Source: Spirochaetia bacterium (GTDB lineage: Bacteria > Spirochaetota > Spirochaetia > SP-2023). Taken from it: a stretch of DNA of 64,000 nucleotides. Both the position numbers and the translations under genes were made by a program. Positions 53,949 to 62,431 of the stretch are shown here, in pieces (the stretch's first letter is position 1; each line of letters starts with the position of its first letter). The stretch is from the NCBI GenBank assembly GCA_965263485.1, contig CBDHHO010000003.1, positions 26,359 to 90,358 of the forward strand, written 5' to 3'. Under the pieces are notes generated by a model that did no database searches, was not told where the DNA came from, and was given only the letters and a program-made list of their open reading frames with translations.

Positions 53949-55398
53949 CGGTGTTCCCTCCTCTTTTTTGTGGTATCAGATAGGTCTCCCTGGCGGGTAC
54001 AGGCCCCCCAAGGTCTGGCATATTTGCTAAATCCCTTGCTGTAAGGGCGACAAATGAAGTCTCAATATTGGCTGGGTTTATTCCATATTGGCCGCGAAAG
54101 AACATCTCCATTTCATCCTTGCGCCTGCGGATTAGACCCCGGAGTATTCTATCACCGCCTGTATGTTTTTGCCAATCTGCTAAAATGCGACTCTGAACGT
54201 TTGGTTCATCAAAATCTTCATGGCTTTGCACTGTCTGGAAAAAACTTGCATTCAATACTCGGTCTCTACTCGTGTTGAAGCCAAATGATACCAGAGCGTC
54301 AAACTCACATTGCCTCAAATGTCTGCCACTCGAATAAGCCTTAGCATTGCCAAGTTCTCTTAAGGCATACGTAGAGTCAGGTTTGCCACCCTCAAATCCT
54401 TTATTGATCCCTTCCTCAAGAGATTCTATATCTTTTTCAAAAATAGCCAATGCCATTGTTTCGGAAATACGGACGATGGTGATACTCGTCTTCCCATCAA
54501 CAATGCCAATATTCGCCGGATTATTTCTGTCTTTTTGATACTGTTGATAGAACTCGGTAAATCCTTCTATATGACTGAATCTCTCCGGCGCATGGGCATC
54601 AATTTCATGTCCATAACCTACCGTCCAATTCCCTCCTGCAGTGGCGCGGTAAGGGTTTGGCCGGAATCTCTCATACCCCTTGATAAAGGCACTGCCTTGG
54701 CTACTGGTAGAGAGTTTCATCGCTTTCCATACCACCTCTTGCTGCTCCGCACCTTCTGGACTGCCTTCCTCACTATTCACCAGATGCCGGTTGCTCTTCC
54801 CGCCCTCATTCTGCCCAGTTCCCGCCTCGCTGTCTTGCCCGACTTGGCCACTTTCCTCACCGCCCCCGTTTTCTTCCTCACTCTCCGCCCCGCTGCCGTG
54901 CAGCACCATCTCGCTTTCCACCTCGCTGTAGTCGGGTAACTCCAGACTCTTTAAACCGGCGACAACGTTGGCCTTGTATGTCGCACCACCATCCTGAGTC
55001 GCCGTCACCGCATCGCTCAGGGCATATTTAATTCCTTTCAGATAGTCGCTGACCTTCTCTAACTGGGTCTGCAACTCTTCCCATTTCACCAAACCACCAT
55101 AGTCATTGCCGGACAATTCCACTGTGCCGTCCTCCTTGACCGTCACATCATTTTTGTCGTTGTCCAGGTGGACATCAGCCACCGTCTCGCGTTCCACACC
55201 GACCAAAATATAATCACTGGCATTGTTGTTCACCCGCGCCACATAAATCGTCTCACCCGCAACCAGGTCCCGGCTGAGGCCGGGGGGATAAACCAAATTG
55301 ATCCCGGTACGGGCAGCGACTTCTCCCATAATCACAAATCGGGATTCGGTCTTGTCGCCAATTTCGTGCAAGCCGTCATATTTGGCGCGGTAGATCAT
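53935..55398 (-). CDS. Baseplate spike-like domain + acidic linker + GH24 phage lysozyme
   Basis: GGLVKWEEL..DGGATYKA; then FIKGYERFRPNPY..WTVGYGH..QCEFDALVSFGFN..GLIRRRKDEMEMF. Confidence 0.8.
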   Translation of the reverse strand: MIYRAKYDGLHEIGDKTESRFVIMGEVAARTGINLVYPPGLSRDLVAGETIYVARVNNNASDYILVGVERETVADVHLDNDKNDVTVKEDGTVELSGNDYGGLVKWEELQTQLEKVSDYLKGIKYALSDAVTATQDGGATYKANVVAGLKSLELPDYSEVESEMVLHGSGAESEEENGGGEESGQVGQDSEAGTGQNEGGKSNRHLVNSEEGSPEGAEQQEVVWKAMKLSTSSQGSAFIKGYERFRPNPYRATAGGNWTVGYGHEIDAHAPERFSHIEGFTEFYQQYQKDRNNPANIGIVDGKTSITIVRISETMALAIFEKDIESLEEGINKGFEGGKPDSTYALRELGNAKAYSSGRHLRQCEFDALVSFGFNTSRDRVLNASFFQTVQSHEDFDEPNVQSRILADWQKHTGGDRILRGLIRRRKDEMEMFFRGQYGINPANIETSFVALTARDLANMPDLGGPVPARETYLIPQKRGGNTDDRV

Positions 55399-55413
55399 GG
55401 TTGCTTTCTCCTC

Positions 55414-56367
55414 TCAAGCCTTGTCGAGTTCCTGTTCGCAGCGGACCAGGGTTTCCTCAAAGCTCATGACGTATTCGGTCATCAGCTCGGAGGCCTTTTG
55501 CTTCTGTTCTTCCAAGGGGATCTTCTCCAGGTATATCTCGGACAGACGCTCGGCAATGGGACTGGCACCGAAGTTGACCAATGGAGAGACAATCGCCTGC
55601 AGGCCCTCTAGCAAAATTTCCTTGGCCTTGGCCCGTTCAATGTAATTCCCCTTGTCTACACCCATCCGATGCATCAGGCGTTGGATCTTGGTTTGCACCT
55701 CCGAGACCTTGGAGGCCACCAGGGCCTTGTCGAGGTCTGGCCTCGATAATTGCAGCAAATCGTCAAGCTCGGCGTTATAGCTGGATAAAGTTTTACTATC
55801 TATAACGTTAAACGGGGGACTTTGTTCCTGATCCGCCGGATATGGCGTCCCCTTTTCGGGGGTCTGCTGCTCCCGGCTCAGCAACGGTGGTGATGCGGGT
55901 GCCGGGCCCGCCGGAGCATTGGGATCTGCGGCCTGCTCGCCCTGCTGCCGCTTCACCTGATCGATTTCCGGCCGGAACTCGACGAACTTCAGACTCACGC
56001 GATAGCTCTGTGCGCTGCCCTGATTGCTGGCCAGCTCCGTCAAGTAACAACGCCCGATCCCCCAAGAGCGCGTCTGCGGGAAAGACAGCTCGTACTGCAC
56101 CGCCTCCCCGCCCTCCGTTTTTTTGAACAGGGCCACTACGTTTTCGAGCACTGTATCCAGCTCTTCAGCCCCCTTGCCCAGCAGCACGGCTTCCACACTC
56201 ACCTCTGCGGGCTCCCAGCCCTTGAGCGTAAAGTCCCGCCCGCCATCGGCGCGCACATTGCGGTCGGCCTGCATCCGGGCGCTTACGTTCACACTGCGCA
56301 CGATGCCCGGCAAGATCTTCTGGTTCAGGGTCAGCTCTTTGCCCTGGGGTAAGGCAGCCAGGATCAT
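55414..56367 (-). CDS. Phage tail protein, apparently fused to a small-terminase-like C-terminus
   Basis: Follows the tape measure; ..YRVSLKFVEF, Pro-rich joint, then KGNYIERAKAKEIL..PIAERL. Confidence 0.55.
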   Translation of the reverse strand: MILAALPQGKELTLNQKILPGIVRSVNVSARMQADRNVRADGGRDFTLKGWEPAEVSVEAVLLGKGAEELDTVLENVVALFKKTEGGEAVQYELSFPQTRSWGIGRCYLTELASNQGSAQSYRVSLKFVEFRPEIDQVKRQQGEQAADPNAPAGPAPASPPLLSREQQTPEKGTPYPADQEQSPPFNVIDSKTLSSYNAELDDLLQLSRPDLDKALVASKVSEVQTKIQRLMHRMGVDKGNYIERAKAKEILLEGLQAIVSPLVNFGASPIAERLSEIYLEKIPLEEQKQKASELMTEYVMSFEETLVRCEQELDKA

Positions 56368-58610
56368 CAGGCTGCACCTCTTGCAGCTGCCTGCAACAAT
56401 CGTACAAAGTCGGAAATCTCCTCAATATCCTCTGCGTTGACCCTCAGATTCTCGATGTGAACCGACACGCTGTCATTCCCGCGGATGCGGGAATCCCCGC
56501 CGCCTTCTCCGGGCACATTGCGGATCCGCCCCCGGTGCAGCCGCTCCAAGTTATCCAGCCCAATCCGTTTTACCGAGTCCTGAGAAAAAACATACTCCCC
56601 GGCGTGGACCACCCCGGCAATCTGATTGACCGAGCCGGGGCCGGTATAACCGCCCCCGGTAAAGCCCTTGATGTTTCCGCCAGCCGGGACGCTCCCGGGG
56701 GCCTTTTTCCCGCCGCCCACCAACCATTGCCAGGCACCGGTCAGCATATTGATGCCCTTGCTCACGGGGGCAAATAATGTTTCAAAAAATTCCTTTACTG
56801 GTTTCCAAACACTAATAACCAACGAGGCTAGATTTGTAAATATTCCAGAAAACCAATCGCCAACCGTATGCAAAACCGACAGCAACCCCGACCACAGACC
56901 GACAAAAAACGCTTGTACCGGCTGCCATATCGTTATAATAGCATTCCCAATCGGGGCAAAGATATTCATCAAATAATTGCCCACCGCGCTCGCAGCGGCA
57001 GTGATCCCCTGCCATAAAGACGCGAAGAATGCCTTAATCGGCTGCCAGTGCGTCATAATCGTTTTGACAACTAGCACAGGTATCGTGACCCATGGAGCCC
57101 ATAGAACACCAATTGCCGCAAAAAAAGGGTTGTTCAATAAATTGCTGAACCAGCTGATTGCCGTCTTTACGCCGAAGACAATCCCATCCCACACCTTGAC
57201 TGCAAAGGCCCGAACCGTTTCCCAGTTTTTATACAGCAGCACACCAATCGCCACGACTGCCGCAATTCCGGCGGCTATCAGCAGTATCGGGCCCAGAGCT
57301 GCCCAGTGAGCCACCGCGAAGGCGTAGGCCTTGGGGATGGCAGCCATAAATTTACCCCCCAAATTCATGACAGCCCCCGCCACCATAGCCACCGGACCGG
57401 CAGCAACGGCAACCCCACCCAGCAAAAGCAACGTGTTTTGTATCGGTTGAGAGAGCTTGCCAAACCCAATAGCTAAATTACTAATTCCAGCTGCCAGCGG
57501 TTCGGCAACCCTCAAAGCCAAAGCCAACGCAGGCATCAAGCCCTGTCCAATATTCTGGGCACTCACTGCAACCTGGCTTTTTAACTGTTCAAACTGGAAT
57601 CCCAACTTATTGATGCCCCCGGTCTGCGCTGTGAAAGCTGCATCCAGTGCCCCACTGGAACTGTACATTTCCTTTAATTTTTCGTTATATGTATCCGCTG
57701 AGGCCCCGGCAAGCACCATAGCGACCTTCCCAGCTTCAGAGGAACTGAATAAATTGGTTATCTTCTGTCCTGAAGCTTGAGCAGAAGCCCCCAGAGCTTG
57801 AATGGCACCGCCAAACCCGAGTTGTGCAATCATCGCATCACTGGAACTGTAGCCCAAGTCGGCAATAGCCCCGGCTAGAGCCTTCCCCGGCTTTACCATC
57901 TCAGTGAGGATTGCGGCTGTGGAAGTACTTACCTCTGCTGCGGAGCCGACAACGCCGGTAGTCGTGGCAAACACGGCAAACAAGTCCTCCTGAGACACCC
58001 CCAGCGCATTGGCATTGCCAGTCACCTTGCCAATGCTGGCAGCCAGCTCCGGAAACGTAGTCTGACCCAGTTTTACCGTCTGAAAAGCCAGATCAGCGGC
58101 CTTCTGCATTGCGGTCGCGCTGGTATCGCCATAGCCTTTGGTTACCGCAGAAGTCAGGGCTATAGCCTCGCTGGTCGTGGCCATACCCGCAGCCGCCGCT
58201 TTGGTATTAATTTCCAGCGTTTTAGAAGTATCAGCGGTATCGCCAAATGCCGATATAACGTTGTACAGTCCGTCATTTAAACTGGCTGTGCTCTGCCCAA
58301 ATTGCACAGCCATATTCTGTACATTTTGCCCAAGTTCCTGCACCCGCTTCTCAGCAACACCCAAACTGGCTACATTGGCCAGACCTTTATTGAAATCTAC
58401 TCCAGCTTTAAGGGCGGCCACCCCGATTCCAACCAAAGGAACCGACATAGCCATTGTAGCCTTCTTGCCGACATCCACCATCTTTGCCCCGGCAAACTGG
58501 GCTCTCTGTGCCCCGGTCTCCAAATCTGCCCAGACTGCCTTGGCCTTAAGAGCCGGAGCAGAAAACTGATCGTGTAATTTAAGAGCTACACTTGCAATCA
58601 AATCGGCCAT
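56367..58610 (-). CDS. Phage tail tape-measure protein (TP901 family)
   Basis: FQTVKLGQTTFPELA, Trp/Phe-spaced repeats, GGYTG..AGVVHAGEYV. Confidence 0.9.
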   Translation of the reverse strand: MADLIASVALKLHDQFSAPALKAKAVWADLETGAQRAQFAGAKMVDVGKKATMAMSVPLVGIGVAALKAGVDFNKGLANVASLGVAEKRVQELGQNVQNMAVQFGQSTASLNDGLYNVISAFGDTADTSKTLEINTKAAAAGMATTSEAIALTSAVTKGYGDTSATAMQKAADLAFQTVKLGQTTFPELAASIGKVTGNANALGVSQEDLFAVFATTTGVVGSAAEVSTSTAAILTEMVKPGKALAGAIADLGYSSSDAMIAQLGFGGAIQALGASAQASGQKITNLFSSSEAGKVAMVLAGASADTYNEKLKEMYSSSGALDAAFTAQTGGINKLGFQFEQLKSQVAVSAQNIGQGLMPALALALRVAEPLAAGISNLAIGFGKLSQPIQNTLLLLGGVAVAAGPVAMVAGAVMNLGGKFMAAIPKAYAFAVAHWAALGPILLIAAGIAAVVAIGVLLYKNWETVRAFAVKVWDGIVFGVKTAISWFSNLLNNPFFAAIGVLWAPWVTIPVLVVKTIMTHWQPIKAFFASLWQGITAAASAVGNYLMNIFAPIGNAIITIWQPVQAFFVGLWSGLLSVLHTVGDWFSGIFTNLASLVISVWKPVKEFFETLFAPVSKGINMLTGAWQWLVGGGKKAPGSVPAGGNIKGFTGGGYTGPGSVNQIAGVVHAGEYVFSQDSVKRIGLDNLERLHRGRIRNVPGEGGGDSRIRGNDSVSVHIENLRVNAEDIEEISDFVRLLQAAARGAA

Positions 58611-58620
58611 CGCTTATAAT
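58592..58620 (+). promoter_or_regulatory. Sigma70-type promoter
   Basis: TTGCAA-17-TATAAT. Confidence 0.7.
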
Positions 58621-58626
58621 TCCCTC

Positions 58627-58776
58627 ATGAAGATGTGGCTCTGGTCAGCAATCTCCGTGGTATTCCCACCATTAATCATCATTCCTTTGATCTGGCTGCT
58701 ATGCCTTTTCTATAAGATGGTTAGAGAAATTAAAGCAGGCTGGCAGGAAATAGACCGTTCCAGCGGGAAATCCTAA
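58627..58776 (+). CDS. 49-aa single-TM peptide, leaderless, antisense to the tail operon
   Basis: MKMWLWSAISVVFPPLIIIPLIWLLCLFYKMVREIK..; ATG 6 nt after TATAAT. Confidence 0.6.
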   Translation: MKMWLWSAISVVFPPLIIIPLIWLLCLFYKMVREIKAGWQEIDRSSGKS

Positions 58777-59330
58777 TCCTCCCCCAGAGCCCGGCAAATC
58801 GCCTCCTGCACAATCCCGACCTCCAAGTCCCTCAAATACTCCGCCCGAACTACCAGGCCGGGCAAGCGGGACAACGGAACTCCCCCTCCTTCAGGAGGGG
58901 GCTGGGGGGAGGCTCCAACGGGGGAGGCTCCAAACCGCTCTACAAACAGCAGAGCCCGTTCCAGCTCACTTAAACGGCCACCAGAGGCTTGTGCTCCAGC
59001 GGCATTCCGTACAAAGGGTTGAGGTACTCCTGCACGAAGGTACCCAGAGCCGCCTTGTGCGGTCCGATCTGTTCTGCCAGGCTCAGGCCCGACTCATCCT
59101 TGCCGCACTCGAGGGCCAACTGGTGTAAGAGCTGCTCGTTGGCCCCCATTCCATCGCGCTGGGACTGCTCGCTGTATAGCTGCATCTGGGCCGTGGTCGG
59201 CTCGCAGAAGGCGAAGCACAAATGCTCCGTGCCCCCATCGCGCCGCTGGAAACTGTATTCCGCCAGGAACAAAGATTTGCTCCCGGCCTTCTCTTTGGCC
59301 CGAGTGATCAGCTCAATTTTCTGCTCTTCG
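58773..59330 (-). CDS. Tail assembly chaperone (stop 58970) with a -1 frame extension to 58773; 5' end cut by ISL3
   Basis: Directly upstream of the tape measure; overlapping open -1 frame. Confidence 0.55.
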
Positions 59331-59348
59331 CTCAGTGGATTTTATTTT

Positions 59349-60655
59349 GGCTCTTCGGTACGTCTTGTGGATTTTAGGTAAAGATGATACAATGGGGAAA
59401 TGAACGATAAGCAACTTTTAATTTTGGGCCTGGGACTGAGCGAACCATGGCAGATTATCAGTCAGGAACTCAGAGAAGACAAGAAGCCACATGAATTACA
59501 CATCGCAATTAAAGCTGAGCGTGGCTCCAAGTATCCGTGTCCCGAGTGTAAGAAAATGTGCCCTGCTCACGACTTTAAGGAACTTGAATGGCGGCATTTA
59601 AACTTCTTTCAACACCATTGCTACATCCGCGCAAAAGTACCCCGAACAAAATGTTTAGAGCATGGTATCAGGCGTATTCTGGTCCCATGGGCAAGAAATG
59701 GAAGCTCTTTTACCTTACTCTTTGAGCAGGCTGTTCTCATGCGTGAAATGCCTATGCTTTCAGTAGCCAGACAAACTGGAATCGAAGATAAAAGAGTTGC
59801 CAGAATTATCAAACATTACGTTGAAGAAGGCAAAAAACAAATAGATTTATCTAATTTAAAATCTATTGGACTTGATGAGACATCAAGCAAGCGAGGACAT
59901 AACTATGTGACTGTATTTGTCGATATGGATAAGAAAAAGGAATCTGTAATTTTTGCGACAGAAGGAAGGGATTCCAGTGTTGTTAAGGAGTGCAAAGACT
60001 TTATAGAAGAACATAATGGGGAAAAAGAAAATGTTGAAGAAGTAGTTTGTGATATGTCAAAGCCTTTTTTGAAAGGAATCAGAGAGAATTTTCCTGAATC
60101 TTCGGTAACAGCTGATTGGTTTCATATTTGTAAGAAGTTTGTAGAAGCATTAAATACAGTGAGGAAATCTGAGAGTAAACATAAGAATTTCCCTAAGCAT
60201 GCACGATGGGCAGTAGTAAAGAACCCGGCGAACAATGCCCTGACAAAGTCACAGTTGGAAGCTTTACTGGAGCTTGAAGCGGGAGGTTTTCAGACGATGA
60301 CGGGGTATCAGATAAAAGAGAAATTATCTTGGATAAGAGGCGCGAAAACTTTACAGGGAGCCAAGTGGAGGATTCGAAGATTTATCAATTATTCGAGAGA
60401 ACTGATAAAAGATCAGGATTTATTAGAGCCGATGGCTAAAGCATTGGATAGCTTGGAGAAACATGGGGATAAGGTGGTGGAGCGCTGGCGCTCAGGTAAG
60501 ACAAGCGCCCGTCTGGAAGGGTTGAACAGTATATTTCAAGCGGTTAGAGCCAGGGCTAGGGGTTACAGGAATACAGAAACATTTTTAATGATGATATACT
60601 TGCTCGCCAGTCCGGTAGCTGCGACTCTAAAATCAACTTGATATACCGAGGAGCC
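59349..60655 (+). mobile_element. ISL3-family insertion sequence, no target duplication
   Basis: IRL GGCTCTTCGGTACGTCTTGTGGATTTTAG; IRR reverse complement GGCTCCTCGGTATATCAAGTTGATTTTAG. Confidence 0.92.
59400..60641 (+). CDS. ISL3 transposase
   Basis: CPEC..WRHLNFFQ, GLDETS..GHNYVT, CDMS, DWFH, EGLNS..ARGYR. Confidence 0.95.
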   Translation: MNDKQLLILGLGLSEPWQIISQELREDKKPHELHIAIKAERGSKYPCPECKKMCPAHDFKELEWRHLNFFQHHCYIRAKVPRTKCLEHGIRRILVPWARNGSSFTLLFEQAVLMREMPMLSVARQTGIEDKRVARIIKHYVEEGKKQIDLSNLKSIGLDETSSKRGHNYVTVFVDMDKKKESVIFATEGRDSSVVKECKDFIEEHNGEKENVEEVVCDMSKPFLKGIRENFPESSVTADWFHICKKFVEALNTVRKSESKHKNFPKHARWAVVKNPANNALTKSQLEALLELEAGGFQTMTGYQIKEKLSWIRGAKTLQGAKWRIRRFINYSRELIKDQDLLEPMAKALDSLEKHGDKVVERWRSGKTSARLEGLNSIFQAVRARARGYRNTETFLMMIYLLASPVAATLKST

Positions 60656-60772
60656 AAAATGCCAAAATTTGGGATGGGTGGTGTTTAAAATTGACTTTTG
60701 AAAAGATTAGGGTTATGTTATAAAGGTAATCAGATTTGCATTGCAAAAATACAATGAATGAAGGAGTTTGTT

Positions 60773-60970
60773 ATGTCTAAAAGTGACTGGGAATTTTTCA
60801 ACTGTTCCGAACCGCACGAGCACGATTATGTCGTAGGGCTTTACCCTAAAGCTGAAAAGGAGGAAGTCCGTAATTTACTAAAGAAATGGTGTAAGGATGG
60901 GACAATCAATAATACCAAACATACAGAGATTTATGAGCTTTTAGAGAAGAAAGGCTATCATAGAAACTAA
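60773..60970 (+). CDS. Small hypothetical protein A (65 aa), copy 1
   Basis: TTGACT-17-TATGTT at 60691, AAGGAG RBS. Confidence 0.8.
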   Translation: MSKSDWEFFNCSEPHEHDYVVGLYPKAEKEEVRNLLKKWCKDGTINNTKHTEIYELLEKKGYHRN

Positions 60971-61132
60971 AGCCGGGGCCAGGTAGATAATCTTCCCGTC
61001 CACGGGGCTGAAAATCTTCTTCGCCGGAATTACAATGTCAATTCCGTTATGGCCGATCAGTCCGTACTTGGCATACAGCGGCAGCAGCTTCGGTACCGTG
61101 TTCGCTTTGCCGAATCTCTGTGTGATAATCAT
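60971..61132 (-). pseudogene. M23 peptidase 5' fragment, copy 1
   Basis: IITQRFG..GHNGIDI..IFSPVDGKI; HxH motif missing. Confidence 0.7.
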
Positions 61133-61278
61133 GCGCACAGCTTAGCGGCGGTATGGCCTTGGTTCTTTTGACCTGGGTGAAAAATTTAAGAGGGGGTGGG
61201 GGCGTTTTTTATTGACTTTTAGGAGAATTAGGTTTACGCTATAAGGACTAATTGATTTTCTAAAGGAGATTGAAAACT

Positions 61279-61320
61279 ATGGGTAGAGATAAAGCAAAAG
61301 ATGATAAGTACGTGGATTTT
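61279..61320 (+). pseudogene. Small protein B N-terminus, fused in frame to the ISL3 3' end (ORF continues to 61497)
   Basis: TTGACT-17-TACGCT at 61212, AAGGAG, MGRDKAKDDKYVDF. Confidence 0.65.
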
Positions 61321-61628
61321 GGGGATAAGGTGGTGGAGCGCTGGCGCTCAGGTAAGACAAGCGCCCGTCTGGAAGGGTTGAACAGTATATTTCAAGCGGT
61401 TAGAGCCAGGGCTAGGGGTTACAGGAATACAGAAACATTTTTAATGATGATATACTTGCTCGCCAGTCCGGTAGCTGCGACTCTAAAATCAACTTGATAT
61501 ACCGAGGAGCCAAAATGCCAAAATTTGGGATGGGTGGTGTTTAAAATTGACTTTTGAAAAGATTAGGGTTATGTTATAAAGGTAATCAGATTTGCATTGC
61601 AAAAATACAATGAATGAAGGAGTTTGTT

Positions 61629-61826
61629 ATGTCTAAAAGTGACTGGGAATTTTTCAACTGTTCCGAACCGCACGAGCACGATTATGTCGTAGGGCTTTAC
61701 CCTAAAGCTGAAAAGGAGGAAGTCCGTAATTTACTAAAGAAATGGTGTAAGGATGGGACAATCAATAATACCAAACATACAGAGATTTATGAGCTTTTAG
61801 AGAAGAAAGGCTATCATAGAAACTAA
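61629..61826 (+). CDS. Small hypothetical protein A, copy 2
   Basis: Identical to 60773-60970. Confidence 0.8.
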   Translation: MSKSDWEFFNCSEPHEHDYVVGLYPKAEKEEVRNLLKKWCKDGTINNTKHTEIYELLEKKGYHRN

Positions 61827-61988
61827 AGCCGGGGCCAGGTAGATAATCTTCCCGTCCACGGGGCTGTAAATCTTCTTCGCCGGAATCACAATGTCGATTC
61901 CGTTATGGCCGATCAGTCCGTACTTCGCATACAGCGGCAGCAGCTTTGGTGCCGTGTTTGCTTTGCCGAATCTCTGTGTGATAATCAT
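61827..61988 (-). pseudogene. M23 peptidase 5' fragment, copy 2 (diverged allele)
   Basis: As copy 1 with several substitutions. Confidence 0.7.
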
Positions 61989-62123
61989 GCGCACAGCTTA
62001 GCGGCGGTATGGCCTCGGTTCTTTTGACCTGGGTGAAAAATTCTGGGGTATTTTGGAGGGAGTATTGATTTTGGGGAGAATTAGGTTTACGTTATGGGGA
62101 CACTATGTAAGAAGGAGCTTATT

Positions 62124-62360
62124 ATGTCTGACTGGGATACTGTAAGTTTTTGGGATACTAATGCCCAAAATCCGTGCCATGAACTGGTTAATATAGCTAA
62201 GAAATATAAAGGGTCTATGCGTGAGATTGTTGGCTATTTACTTTTTTCTGAAACGGAGATCAAGGAGCATTTTGGGAAAAAGCGCAGCGAGCACCTGAAT
62301 CACGATCAAGTCTATGATTACTTGGACACGCACTCACACTATGATCGCAAGGATAAATAG
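62124..62360 (+). CDS. Small hypothetical protein C (78 aa), distant paralogue of A
   Basis: TTGATT-17-TACGTT at 62065, AAGGAG; shares SDW..HE..H-x-x-(I/V)Y-x-x-L pattern with A. Confidence 0.75.
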   Translation: MSDWDTVSFWDTNAQNPCHELVNIAKKYKGSMREIVGYLLFSETEIKEHFGKKRSEHLNHDQVYDYLDTHSHYDRKDK

Positions 62361-62397
62361 TTATAGGGGTTAATTAGAAGAATACTTCTAGTTGTCT

Positions 62398-62430
62398 CCC
62401 TTTAGCCTCCTTAATCAGGGGGCTAAAGGG
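62398..62430. terminator. Hairpin between convergent genes
   Basis: CCCTTTAGCCTCCT-TAATC-AGGGGGCTAAAGGG. Confidence 0.6.
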
Positions 62431-62431
62431 A

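Larger units (their letters stand above)
60464..62042. repeat. 723-bp direct repeat (60464-61186 and 61320-62042)
   Basis: Offset 856 bp; contains the ISL3 3' end, a small ORF and an M23 fragment. Confidence 0.95.

Noticed and set aside
53935-54720. Ordinary endolysin/holin lysis cassette
   Set aside because: The lysozyme is fused in frame to a spike-like domain, and the neighbour has a cleavable signal peptide, not holin TM segments
60464-62360. Integron cassette array or DGR template/variable repeats
   Set aside because: No attC-like sites, integrase or reverse transcriptase; substitutions are not adenine-specific
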